From the human T2T-CHM13v2.0 reference genome, Homo sapiens: a stretch of DNA of 64,000 nt. Positions 33,196 to 47,805 of this stretch are shown in pieces. A program made the position numbers and the translations under genes. Where the stretch lies: assembly GCF_009914755.1 (NCBI RefSeq), contig NC_060926.1. One strand, 5' to 3'. The notes under the pieces were generated by a model that was given only the letters and a program-made list of their open reading frames with translations, had not been told where the DNA came from and did no database searches. The first letter of the stretch is position 1. Every line of letters starts with the position of its first letter.

Positions 33196-35002
33196 TCTAT
33201 CTTATTCAACGTAAGATTTGAAGCAATCTAATGTAATATCTGATCCTAAACATATATGAAACTTTCTTTAGAAATTTCCATTCAACTTACATCCTTTTTT
33301 GCCTCAGCTTCATTCCACTCATTTGAGAATTTTACTGGTGTCTTGACACCTGGCAGTTATGTGTAACATTGCCCAAGTGGTTGGATGTGTTTTAGGGTCA
33401 TTTCTTTCTTCCTGTGGTAAACATTTTTTTCCTATCCCATTAAAAAGATAACAAAGAGGATACAAGAAAGATTTAATTTACAGAGAAATAAAATTTGGCC
33501 ATGTTAGTTTTTTGTTTACCTTCCCTGCCCAGGAGGAGCCAATCATGTATCCAATTAGGTGGTTATCTGATCCCTTTGAAAATAATGTCTGTCCGTTCTC
33601 TCTGTTGAGGCAAGTGAGAGCAAGGGCCCCTTGATGCACTCAAGTTTCACAGGCCTTGGGATCTTGAGGCTACCCTTTACTTAGGGTTCATAATTGATAG
33701 TGAGAACCTTTTCCAATATCACACACATGAATATAATTATGATGTGAGAATAACTTTTGTAGAATTACAAAAGAGTACCCTAAGACTAATTATGCAGTGT
33801 TAAGTTTTTGCTCTGATACAGCTTCCAAAAGAGATTTGGGTTCAGAAAATGTTATGAAATTTTTTTTTTTAATTTTCCTGGGTGCTCACTACACTACAAA
33901 ACAGAAATCAAGCATCAACTTGTTTTTGTTACTTGGCAGGAAGTACCACCATGATGTGGCATTTTGCTTTTACAGTCTGTGTCAATTCAATAGTAAACTT
34001 AATCTTACAACAGGCTTTAACTTAATAACAATTTGTATTCCCAGTTGATGTTTAAATGGTAAATTGGGCTAAGTTGGAAAATATATTACATGTATCTGAA
34101 ATAGTTAGGAAAATAGGAATGAATGTTATTGTAGGTTGCACATGTATAGTAAACCTAGTGGTACCAAAACTAAGTTGATCTAAATCCAGCAAGTTTTAGT
34201 TAATAAAAATACTTTAAAAAAAAAAAGCCAAGAAATGTATCTGTTTGTTCTTGGTGGAAATACTCTGGGGAATATGCAGGCTTTACTTGGGAGAGAGGTA
34301 GTGTAGTATTCTATTCAAAAATATACATGCAACAAAGACGAGTAGAGAAATGGAATTTCTAAAAGATAATGCATATCACCAAAATGATGAATGAGCTTTC
34401 GAATTTTTTATCAGTAAAAATTGAGACATTCTTTGCTACTTTGGTTTGTACTGTTAGCAGCAAAGATATTTCCAAAAGGCTATCAAAATTCATGTTTATG
34501 TTCAAAAAAAGATTGTTTAGCTATAATAGCATAATACTTCCCACAAGCATCCAATCTTATTGTTCCTAAATCTAGAGTAGATGAGTGGTAGTAAGAGACA
34601 TTCCAGTGTGGTGGAAAGAATATAAATGCTCTCTGGGTTTTTTTGGTTTTGCTTTGGGCAGATTATTCAGACATTGAGATTGCTTTCTCACTGTACAATT
34701 GGGTAATTTCTTTTTTGTAGAATTTTGTAATAGATTAAGATAACGCATGTAAAGTAGCAGGTATATTGCTTGGCATGTTGCTTTTAATTGCCAGCTACGT
34801 AGCTCATCATCATCATTTAAATTAATCATTTAGAGTGATTGTTTCATGAGTAGTTGTGTTCTTTTCACTCAGTGTTTTCTGATGGTTCTCTTCCTCTCTC
34901 ACAGTAGTGGACAGGGTGTGCGTGTGTTTGCATTTTAATGCTATAACTATGATATTATCAAAATTAAATGAAAATAAACTTTTGGGGGGTGTTTTGATGC
35001 AG

Positions 35003-35154
35003 ACAGCTTTATTAAACCGCCTGGAGCGAATTTTCGAAGCATGTTTTCCTTCCATACTTGTCCCTGATGCTGAAGAGGAAGTTACTTCCCTGAAGCACTT
35101 GCTGGAAACAAGCACTTTGCCAATAAAAACGAGAGAGGCCTTACCTGAAAGTGG
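35003..35154 (+). CDS. AFTPH: AFTPH exon 3 (152 nt; TALLNRLERIFEACF...LPESG)
   Basis: gatgcAG| at 35002, phase 0 with exon 2; donor GG|gtaagt at 35154/35155; matches the tail of ORF 34907..35158. Confidence 0.94.
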
Positions 35155-35243
35155 GTAAGTAGGAGACTGTTTTTAGATAGCATGTGTTTTTGTTATTTTT
35201 AGTAGTTCTAATTTATAAGTTTATCTTAAAACATTAAGGTTCA

Positions 35244-35495
35244 GGCCAGGCGCAGTGGATCACCTGAGGTCAGGAGTTTGAGACCAGCCTAGCCAACATG
35301 GTGAAACCCTGTCTCTACTAAAAATACAGAAAATTAGCAGGGTATGGTGGCACATGCCTGTAATCCCAGCTACTTGGGATTGAGGTTGAGGCACAAGAAT
35401 CGCTGGAACCCAGAAGACGGAGGTTGCAGTGAGCCAAGATCACTGCACTCCAGCCTCAGTGACAGAACAAGGCTCTATCTCCAAAAAAAAAAAAA
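35244..35495 (+). mobile_element. AluS with a left-arm deletion
   Basis: ggccaggcgcagtgg joins directly to atcacctgagg. Confidence 0.87.
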
Positions 35496-36050
35496 TTAAG
35501 GCTCAAAAACATTGTGTCAAAACCTAAACTCCCTGCCTTTTTACTTTTGAGCTATTTCTTTTTATATTTCTAAATCAATAATCAGTTGATGTTATATATT
35601 ATTTTTTGACTTCTTAGAATGAAAACTGAAAATTTAGATTTTACCTCTGCTATTCTCCTCCCCTCATCTTCCCCATATATCAGTTTTTGGTTAATTTCTT
35701 ATTTGGCATTTTCATTATTATAATCACGTATGTATTGTTGACTCAAGCCACTGTTTTCTTTATAGTACAACTTCTTCCTGGACTTCTCTTTTTCATTAAT
35801 GTTTCCCTACCCTTTAAGAGCTTGTTCATACACTTGTGATCCAACACCTTATCATTCTGCTCCCATCTAGAATGGTTTCAGTCTGGGCTTACACATACAT
35901 TGCCTCGGGACTTCCCTTCACTTAGATCCCATTTTGGTGGAGCATATCCTCCAATAGCCTTCTGAGAAAAAAGGTAGATGGGAGGCAAATTTTTACTCTA
36001 CTCTCACATTCAATTTATAGTTTAAGATCTGTTTGTTGCTGATATTCTGA

Positions 36051-36353
<303 letters not shown>

Positions 36354-36532
36354 TAGTTATTTTTCTAGTGACTATAAGTATTGGCTCTTGATTTCATTCA
36401 AATAGTTATACACTTACGTTGGACCCAAGAGTAAATGGAATGTGTGTTATGTCACAGCCATATTATAAGTAGAACTCATGGTGAAAGTTATTGAGTAACC
36501 TGTTGTTGATGGCTTCATCATGGCCTTTGCAG

Positions 36533-36659
36533 GGAATTGCTAGATGTGTGGACTGAGCTACAGGATATCCATGATGCACATGGCTTGAGATACCAGTGGG
36601 GCGGCTCCCATAGCAACAAGAAGCTTTTGTCCTCCTTGGGAATAGACACCCGAAACATT
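36533..36659 (+). CDS. AFTPH: AFTPH exon 4 (127 nt; ELLDVWTELQDIHDAHGLRYQWGGSHSNKKLLSSLGIDTRNI), includes Y716QW
   Basis: cctttgcAG| at 36532 completes the phase-2 Gly codon; donor ATT|gtgagt at 36659/36660. This is the conserved C-terminal aftiphilin block (YQW described as clathrin-binding, from memory). Confidence 0.94.
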
Positions 36660-37063
36660 GTGAGTTTGTTAGTACCTTGAAAAATCTTTTAATCAACCTG
36701 TGGATGTTTTAAAATTCTGTCATACTTCTGTTTAAGCTGTGGTAAGCTAGTTCCTCAGAAAATAAATATTTGGTTTAAATGTTCACTTATATTGAATGTG
36801 CTGACTTTTAAACATCAGTCTACCTAAATTTTTCTCTAATCAATACTTATTTTTAGAAAAAATTGTTTTAGTAGTTTTTCTTAAATATAAAATGAAGGAA
36901 TTGGACTGGGAGATAAAATAACCCATATGGGCAATTTTTAAGTTTCATCAATTTATCATTCCCAATATATGTAATAACACATCTCAAGCATATTTGGAAA
37001 CTATTTCATTGTATGATAGATTATTCTCTAAATATATGTTCTTTCTGTCTAACGTGTGTGTAG

Positions 37064-37120
37064 CTCTTCACGGGCAATAAGAAGCAGCCTGTTATAGTGC
37101 CCATGTATGCAGCAGGATTG
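37064..37120 (+). CDS. AFTPH: AFTPH exon 5 (57 nt; LFTGNKKQPVIVPMYAAGL)
   Basis: ctaacgtgtgtgtAG| at 37063; donor TTG|gtaagt at 37120/37121; phase 0-0. Confidence 0.93.
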
Positions 37121-38631
37121 GTAAGTACAAAAATCTCTCTGCATGTATTTATCATTACTGCATCTATTCTGTAAAATCATCTTAAAATACACTTCTATGT
37201 CATGCTATATAAGAGACATTTAGTGTTGGAATCTGAAGGGTATAAATAGATCTTTTTTGATCTCATAAATCCCATCAAATATTGATCACAGGACTTTTAA
37301 AATATTTCATTAATTACAGATACTGTTTTTAGATTGAAAATTTTTATCTTAGTAATATTAGCATATATAACTGTAAAATGCACCTTTGGAGGATTCTTTT
37401 TCTTTTCTAAACTTGCTTTAAAGAAAAAGCTGAAGTATCAGAAGGCCTAAAGATATCATTTATTTTAATCCAGTTATTAATTTTAAATGCAATATTGAGG
37501 CTATAGATGTACATAAAAGCTTAGAAACACCAAATTATAATGAAATGAAAATGAGCCAGGACTCATAATGGGTTCTTAGTTTTTCCATTAATGTTTTAAA
37601 TGTGTTGAATTTTGTTTTTTCAGATATGCCAGGTAGTCCCGGAAAACTGAGACATTTTCATTCTGTTCCTTCTCAAGACTCAGTCACATTTTAAAGTTTG
37701 ATGTTTGTGTTTTTTGGTGTGTATTTTTATCGATGAATAAAAATGCCCCATCAAACTAAAAGCATTACTATAACCGTTAAATTGGAAATAAGGAAAAAAT
37801 AATGAAGGAATCTTTGGTATAGAATTTATACAATCCATTATGTGCATGTGACAATTTGCTGTGGAACTTGACCTTTAAATCTACAAACTTTCTCCATGAA
37901 TAAGCACTAATTATTGATTTTGAATTGGAACATTTTGATTTGTTTTGTGGGATTTTCTAGAGTTTTGGTTTTTTTAAAATCTGTTTACTCCTTTGTAAAT
38001 GGTTATCGTGTACTTTAAAAACATTTTGATGATCCCCACATTGTTTTCTGTTGTAGGTAAATATAATGCTGGACATTTCTTTAACTTTTTGGTTATTTGG
38101 ATTTCTCTTTTTCTCAAGGAGTAGCAATCCAGAGGTTGTTGATGTTATGGAACTAGGAGTTTAATTTGTAGGCACTTTCATTCAGCATATTAGGGGCAGT
38201 GACCTACTTAATGCTTATGCGTAGCCTCAGCCCATTAGCCAGTTCTGTGAGGTTTGTGAGAAGTTAGAGGCTAAAGCTTATGCTTTATTTTTCAACCTTT
38301 ATTAGTAATATTTTTACTATTTCTATGGACTTTTTTTCCCACTTCTTTCCTCCCCTCCCCCCCCCCCCCCCACCTTTTTTCCAGTTTTTCACATCTGTCA
38401 GCTCATACCTATGGCTACTATTTCTATAAGCTTTAATTCCAAAGTTTATTTAATGAATTTAAATGTATCTCGCCCTCCCCCATCTTTGTGATATCTTTCA
38501 TTTAGAAACTTTTTTTTAATATCAAGTTTTAATTATAGCTAAATTTACCCATGGTACCTTACACATTTGAGATGTTCAATAATCTTTTGATCTCACCCGG
38601 AGAAATAGTACCTGAAGTGATCATTTAAGCC

Positions 38632-38823
38632 ACTGGTTCTCAAACTTTAATGTATATAAGAATCACTTGGAAGACTTGTTAAAACACAAATTGTTGAGCA
38701 CCGCCCCCCACCCCCCTGTTTCTTTTTCAGTATTTCTGAGGTAGGCTCAAGAATTTGCACGTCTGACAAGTTCCAAGGTGACACAGAAGCTGCTGATTGG
38801 GGATCACAATTTGAGAACCACTG
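38632..38823. mobile_element. MER5-type hAT-Charlie MITE
   Basis: Terminal inverted repeats cactggttctcaaa / tttgagaaccactg. Confidence 0.8.
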
Positions 38824-39360
38824 CTTAAAGTGATCGTTCAAATTAACAAACTTGGCTGAAACTAGTAATTGTTTGCCAAATGTATCGTCTCTGCATAAGG
38901 GCACACCAGAGAGCCTGTATAATACATATGGTATTGAGTTAGACCATGAACTTATTTCATTTTTCTAGCTGCTCGGTTAAAGCCTTTCAGATGTGCTACT
39001 GTTAAGAATTGATTCTGCAAACTGTTTTAGTTAGTTTACACCTATTTTATTGGGGAAGGGAGGAGGCAGGGATTCTCCTGAAAATTTTAGAAATTTACAG
39101 ATTCTAACATTAAAGACTTAGCAGCTTTGAGGTTTTGTTTTTGTTTTTGTTTTTTTGGCCCAGTTAAGGGTGATTTTGTCTAGGATGTAACCTTTGAAAA
39201 ACATTCAAAAGCTTTTCAGATATTATTTTAAAACATGTAACAGTTTGACTTTTTTCAGGCCTAGATTATGGCCCATTTTGAGTTTGGTAGAGTGTTGATG
39301 AAAAATACTGATTTTTTTCCTCTTTATTTCTATAGCCATACTGAACATCTATTTTTCTTA

Positions 39361-39679
<319 letters not shown>

Positions 39680-40153
39680 GGTGTATTAGATTTGTAACAA
39701 ACCCTGTGGAACCTGTAAGATGTTCTTCCTCTCTAAAAAGGCTGTATATATCTGCTTTGCCTGTCCAAGGAACTAAGTCTCCAGTGCTGTCATAGAGATC
39801 AGGATCAAATATTAAGTTTACACTGAAGGATATAGATGTCATATTATATGGCGTGTTTTACAATCAGCTCTCACTTCTCACCATGGGGTAATGTGTACAA
39901 AGGGTGCCGTTTCTTACAATTTTAGTGTCATTAGTGTTGGATTTTTAGAGGTTAGATGTGACATATTGTTGTCTCCCCCCACCCATCCCGAGTTGGTGCT
40001 TCTGCTTTCATGTGACAGTAATAATTCTGTACTTTAAAACCTCTGATTTAAAATACAAAGTCTTGCTTTAAAAACTTTTGATTCTAAAGGTATTATTGTG
40101 AAATGGTTCTCATTATAGTGCTATAGGATTTTCAGTAAATAAAATTTAAGAAT

Positions 40154-40259
40154 AGCTGGGTGTGGTGGCATCAGCTTGAGGCAAGAGGATCCCTTAAGCC
40201 AGGGAGATTGAGGCCAGCCTGGGCAACTAGTGAGACCTTGTCTCTTAAAAAAAAAAAAA
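40154..40259 (+). mobile_element. Alu monomer (FLAM-like)
   Basis: gaggccagcctgggcaac...gagaccttgtctct plus A tail. Confidence 0.75.
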
Positions 40260-40388
40260 GACTAGTTCCTTTTTGTCTTCAGTACTTTCCAAGTGACCTG
40301 TTTTTTACCTTCTTCTTTCTGATAGATTAACTTAAGTTTATGGGCTGTGCACCCCCATCCCCATTAAAGGCTAATATTCCTTTTTCAG

Positions 40389-40511
40389 GGTATGTTAGAG
40401 CCCACCAAGGAACCACTGAAACCACTTTCTGCTGCAGAAAAAATAGCTTCCATCGGTCAGACAGCCACCATGTCACCAGATATGAACACATGTACATCTG
40501 ATCAGTTCCAG
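40389..40511 (+). CDS. AFTPH: AFTPH exon 6 (123 nt; GMLEPTKEPLKPLSAAEKIAS...SDQFQ)
   Basis: ggctaatattcctttttcAG| at 40388; donor CAG|gtaaaa at 40511/40512; phase 0-0. Confidence 0.93.
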
Positions 40512-41101
40512 GTAAAAATATCTATATGTGTATAAATATGTTTATGCATGTATATACACATATATCCACACATACTGCCTTTTTCCTTCATTTATGACTG
40601 TTTTAAAAATATTTGTAAAGCTTGATTTAATGATGGACATGATTTTGATTAATTAACATCCCTTGGAATACAATGAACAAATTGTCTTTAATTTTCAAAA
40701 ACAGAAAAGCACAATTTGAGAAATGGGTGATTATGGGTAAGTTCTTAAAACTATCCAGGCCTTAGTCTCTTTATCTATAAATTGAAGGGTTTAAAACAGG
40801 TATCTCTAAAGTCCCTTACAGTTTGAATATTGTGTGATCATAATTACTGACACAAATCTGGTAAGTGCTGGGTTTAAAAAAAAAAAAAAAGAAAAGAAAA
40901 AAGGAAACACTGTATTTATACCAACTCTATAAGTCTGCTATTGTATGTGTATTTTTTCTGGAATCCTGTGAAATTTTATAAAGCAGTAAAGGTTAGATAT
41001 GTCCATTGCCTTAAACTTGTTTTTAGAATTTAAGCAAAATGGTTATTTAACTCGAAAATGATGTGACCTTTAACTAAACAATCTATGGATTAGGAAAATA
41101 G

Positions 41102-41473
<372 letters not shown>

Positions 41474-42787
41474 TAATATAAAGTCTTCTCTCACTTTTTG
41501 TTCGGGTAAAATGGGCCATTTGGGCTTGCTTACTCTTTCCATATCAAGTTACAAACTGACTCAGTGCTGGTTAAATATTATAGTTTTAGAAGATTAGTAT
41601 TTTTAAGTGAACATTACCATTTCTAAAACATATTCTTGCCATGTTTTGTCATTTCTTAACCTTAGATGTCATTTTTAATTGTATCTAACACAAAAAGTGT
41701 ATGCTTGGACAGCCTTTCCCAAAATGTGTTCCCATTGAACATTAATCCCCAGAGGTGGTCCACTGAAGGGTTCCAGGGTAAAGTAAGTTTGGGAAATACT
41801 TCATATCATACCCCCATAACCACCCTTAGAGATCACAACACACATTAAGGACATTGAAGAGTCCTGCAATGAATGGCCTTAATTTTAATTCATTTCTCAA
41901 ATTTACTTGGCCACAGGACCTTTTATTGCAGAGATCAGAGGAGAGGGGAGTGGTAGCACCTGCAGAACTAGTGTTTTGAAGAACATACTTTAGAAAATGT
42001 GTAAAGCATAGGTCCTGCCATTTTAGGTGTGTTTCAAGAAACATCTAATATTACTGCTGTGTACCACTGTGTTTTATACTTGGGCATAGCTTAAATGTTA
42101 CTTTGAAGCCAGCTTATTACTAGCACTGAATTAGTGGGCCAGAGGACCTTGATGTTTACAATGCCTGGCCTTGATGGTTGGGCAGCAGACAAAGTGGCTT
42201 GGGCAGAATGTCTCCGTAGGTAGAATCTGTTCTTAGTTACCTTAATTTTGCTGCCCTGATACGCCCTCTGGCTATAAACTGCTATCCCAGGTCTGCCCTG
42301 TCTATGCATATTTCAGAATTACCTTTCCCACGGCACATTTTTATTTCTGCCTCCATCTGCATTCTTATTCCTACAGTGTTAGGTATTAGGAAAGTATTTT
42401 GAGTAACTACTTGGTACATTCATACTTGGTACATTCACTGAAAATGGAGCTGTACTTATTGAGACCATTTGTTGCTAGTTTTGCTTGCTTCCTCCTCCAT
42501 CTAACCACTTCCACCTTACAACCCCATAAACTATTGCTTATTGTATCAGTTAGCTGTTGCCTGTAATTTTTTCCTCTAGCTGATTTGATCTTACTGTGTA
42601 TTTCATTTTAGTCATAGCTTATCATGTTTCTTTTATAATTTCACTATGGACTTGACAAAAAAGTAGTCCAGATGACCTAATGAAAAACATGTTTAGAATT
42701 TTGTGCTAAGATGCCTGACCTCCATCACAGAATTGTATGGTCCTTGCTTGACTCCATACCTCTGACTCAGGTTAAAATATTTAACAG

Positions 42788-43070
42788 AGCAGGCTTGGTG
42801 GCTCATGCCTGTAATCTCAGCACTTTGGGATGCCAAGGCAGGTGGATTGCTTGAGCCCAGGAGTTCGAGACCAGCCTAACCAACGTGGCAAAACCCTGCC
42901 TCTACAAAAATTAGCCAGGCATGATGGCATGAGCCTGTAGTCCCAGCCTCTAAGGAGGCTGAGGTGGGAAAATCACTTGAGCTCAGAAGCTTGAGGCTGC
43001 AGTGAGCCATGTTCACACCAGTGCACTCCAGCCTAGGCAACAGAGTAAAACCCTGCCTCGAAAAAAAAAA
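42788..43070 (+). mobile_element. AluJ SINE
   Basis: Dimer with shortened linker; flanking atttaaca. Confidence 0.88.
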
Positions 43071-43136
43071 TTTAACAAACATCTGAAGTACATTTTCTAA
43101 AGAGTCTCTTTACAGAAAATTTTATATATATATGTA

Positions 43137-43650
<514 letters not shown>

Positions 43651-44187
43651 ATGTAATTTTACTTTTTGGCCATGCAGGAAGTTACATCTTCCTACGCCCC
43701 TAGCCTTTAGTGCTAGAAGCAACAGTGGCTTTCAAACTTAGCACAAGCACAATTGTATAATTCCCCTTATGACTGCATGCTTTTGGGTCTGTCTGTCCTA
43801 TCCCAATTTTGGTACCCATTGAGTTTGTTTTTATCTTCCAAATTGGCTTGTATTCATTGATCTTATAACTATTGCATCTCTTGTTTAGAAATTTATTAAC
43901 TTAGTTTAAGGGTGAAAACAGTAATTTTACCTTTTTTGGGATTGTGTGTGTGTTTTCATTTTTATCTGCTGAATTTCAAGGTCACACCATTGTGCCACTA
44001 CTGATTTCCCTCTTAGTAAGGTCAATACTTTACACTTTATTCATTGCTGAGTAGGGTCAACACTCTGACTGGCAGTTATCCATCTAGTCACCGGTAGCAA
44101 CTTCTCTTAGACTGCCTGATGTATTTTAGTTGTGAATCAGAATTTTAGAGCTAGAAAAGAAAAAATGATTATGTAGTTCCATGCTCA

Positions 44188-44547
<360 letters not shown>

Positions 44548-45174
44548 TAGTGGTACTGCTAGGACTGGAATCCAAGCCTCCTGTCTCCATGTTTTTGTTC
44601 TTTTTTATTGTGACCTTATTTGCCTAGTGCTTTTATCTCTGCAGTAATAATTCATACCACATTGCTTCAAGTGGTTTTAAAATGCTTCATTCTCAAGCTT
44701 TCTCTGAGTTTCCATACTTGTATACTTGTGAACATCATTAGTTTTAGTCTTTTTTTGCTTCGGTATCCTGTTTTTCACCTTTTTCATTTCCGTTAAATGT
44801 CGATTCGTGTTTATCACCTCATTATGATTTTGGCTGTCTTCAAAATACCATACCCCTGTTTGAGCAGCTCAGATTTCAGCAAATCATTAAATCATTGAAA
44901 TATTTCTAAGCACCCAGCTACTTGACATCATTCAGATAGAATGTGTTCATGAAAGAACTTGCTCCATTTATTCAGAAATCGTTATTGTATAAACCTAGAT
45001 TTTGTCCATTCATTCAGTGTTGAATATGCCCAAAGGTGTCACTGATCTAGAAGTGGAGTAAGTTGAATCTGCTAGAATGCTTAGAGATGTTTGTTTCCTT
45101 TTATGATCAGCTAAAGAAGATATTTCTAAATATTTATTAGCTGTGCAGGTAGGTTATAAACTAGGTTTTCAGCA

Positions 45175-45480
45175 GTTTTTTAACTTTTATCTGAAATAAT
45201 TATAGATTCATAGGAAGTTGCAACTGTAGTACAGAGAAGTCCCTTGTACCCTTCACCAGTTTCCTCCATGGTTACATCTTACATAATATGCTATAATGTG
45301 AAAACCAGGAACATGACATTGGTACAATATGTGTATATAGTTCTATATCATTATATCACATAGGTAGATTCCTGTAACCACCACCACCAGTCAAGATACA
45401 AAACTCTTCCACCACCACCATTAAGAACACCCTTAATAGTCACTGCCCCACAACCATCCCTATCCCATCCCTTACACCCA
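45175..45480 (-). mobile_element. L1MC/MD-like 3' end fragment
   Basis: tatagattcataggaagttgcaa, aaaaccaggaacatgacattggtacaat. Confidence 0.7.
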
Positions 45481-45956
45481 CTAACTAATGTTAGTATTTT
45501 ACTTGGTTTATACCTTGCTCCAGGCTGGACCTGATTTTTGGAGACTAAATACTTAAATTAATTTGCCTGTCATTGGTATCCCAGTTATCCAGACAGTCGT
45601 ATTATAATATCATGGAGTTAGACTTTACAAAAATAACTGATTCATGCTCCTTTTCTATAAAAAACAGCAAGTGATCTTACCTACCTACGCAGAAAAAAAT
45701 ATAAAGTTTTAACAGTGCCTGCCTTACAATAAAGCGTAGTGGTAAGCGATGTCCAAAAAAAGACGATAACATTTTGATATCAAAAGTCTAATAAAATACA
45801 GGTTATTTTAACACCATCCCCAAAAGAAAAGAAAAAAACAACCAACATTTTTTCATGTAAGAATATTCTTAAAATGAAGTGTGAATGCTTATTTTAAAAA
45901 TGTGTTTGCACTGCCTTCCATCTTAAATTTACCATTTGCTTATTTTATATGTTTGA

Positions 45957-46288
<332 letters not shown>

Positions 46289-46322
46289 GAGCATCCCTTG
46301 AGTGTATTGTTTTTAAAATTCT

Positions 46323-46407
46323 ATGCTCGCTTCAGCAGCACATTATAAAATTTGGCAAGGTCAGAGGAGATTAGCATTGCCCCAGTACAAGGATGACACC
46401 CACAATT
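46323..46407 (+). pseudogene. U6 snRNA retropseudogene, 3'-truncated and diverged
   Basis: atgctcgcttcagcagcacat...cagaggagattagcattgccccagtacaaggatgacacccacaatt aligns with the U6 5' ~87 nt; the ACAGAGA box is mutated; flanked by aaattct direct repeats. Confidence 0.88.
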
Positions 46408-46916
46408 AAATTCTGGTATCTAATAAGTAATTTCTAAATGAAAGAAGTTGATTAAAATAGATATTTTAAGTCAACACTTTAAAAATGTCTTATTAGCCCA
46501 TAATTTTCAAAATCTGGAAAATTGTAAGGAACCAGACAGACCTTAGACTTTGAATCTTCTTGTTTTATACCATGTTTTAATTTTTATTGTAATCACATCA
46601 ATAGTTGAAATCATGATTTGAGAATAGATTGAAATCTTGACATAGAATCAGTTCATAAATTTGTTTAAAAATGTAAAGATAATTTCATTTCCCAGATACA
46701 ACTTTTTAAATGTCAATAACCTGTACTGTTTGTAAATTTTGCAATTTCAGTTTGTGCTGATATTTGCAGGTAACCTTCTGAAATTGTAAATTATCCCAAT
46801 TTTGTCTTTAGGTACTTTGTTGCCTAATGGTCTTGCTATAATTTTTTTTTTTAAGGATTCTTTACGTTGCTACAACCTGTACTGATTAATTTTGATTTTT
46901 TGGTTTTCAACTCTAG

Positions 46917-46977
46917 GAGTCTCTACCACCCGTCCAGTTTGACTGGAGTAGCAGTGGCCTTACTAACCCTTTAGATG
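46917..46977 (+). CDS. AFTPH: AFTPH exon 7 (61 nt; ESLPPVQFDWSSSGLTNPLD)
   Basis: ttttcaactctAG| at 46916; donor ATG|gtacgt at 46977/46978; ends phase 1. Confidence 0.93.
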
Positions 46978-47805
46978 GTACGTCTCTCCGTAGAGCCTCT
47001 AGCACCAGAGCTAGAGTTAAGAAAGCTACAAAGTTCAGACAAACTTCTCTCTGCTGATTTCCTTTTTTGTTTGAACATAACTTATTCTTATCTTTGGAAA
47101 TTCAGGCTTTCTTTCTGAACAGTAATTGCTCAAGAAACCAGCCGTTACTATTATCAACAGTATTAATGTCCAAATATAGGTAATAGTAGTTAGGTAAAAT
47201 TTTAGTTTCAGTCAAAAGTAAGCTTCTTTATTTTTTACAAATATCTAGGTAGTTTAAAAGGTATTTTAGCTAGGACCAATTTACCTTGAATTTTTTTCTG
47301 TAAGTTTTAATTTTTGGAATTTTCTTGGATGCAAAGTCTTGTGACTAGAGGCTGCTTCAAAGCACAAAGCACAATTATTTAGCCAAAAACAGTGTGCATA
47401 GATCCATGTTTATTGACTCAAAGTAGTTTTTAGATTTAATATTTTATAGAGCACCTATATGCAAATAGAAAATAAATTTCACGATCCTTTTCTAAAGCGT
47501 GTCTCCAAATGTTAGTAGGCAGTTCTAAAAATAATTGGTTTCACTTATGGCTTTAAAAGAAAATCCTCAAAAAGGAATAACTTATTTCAGTAATGTAATG
47601 TGGGCTCTTTAAAATAAGTAACACACCAATGTTAGTTTCTAGTATTGACACCACAAGTTTTAAGTGGATCCCAAGATGTAATTGCTCTTACTGCTTGTGC
47701 TTAAGTTGTTCGAGCCATTGTCTAAACACCTATCATTGTCTAAATGGCAATTATTTTGCCATTGTAAAAAAACACTATCAGCTTGGCCTTATAGTGGGGT
47801 CCTAG

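Noticed and set aside
38349-38374. C-rich tracts with G4 potential (also 53208-53230 and 63630-63652)
   Set aside because: Simple low-complexity runs with no context suggesting function.
42408-42437. Short tandem duplications (15 bp here; 12 bp near 56806-56830)
   Set aside because: Ordinary slippage indels.
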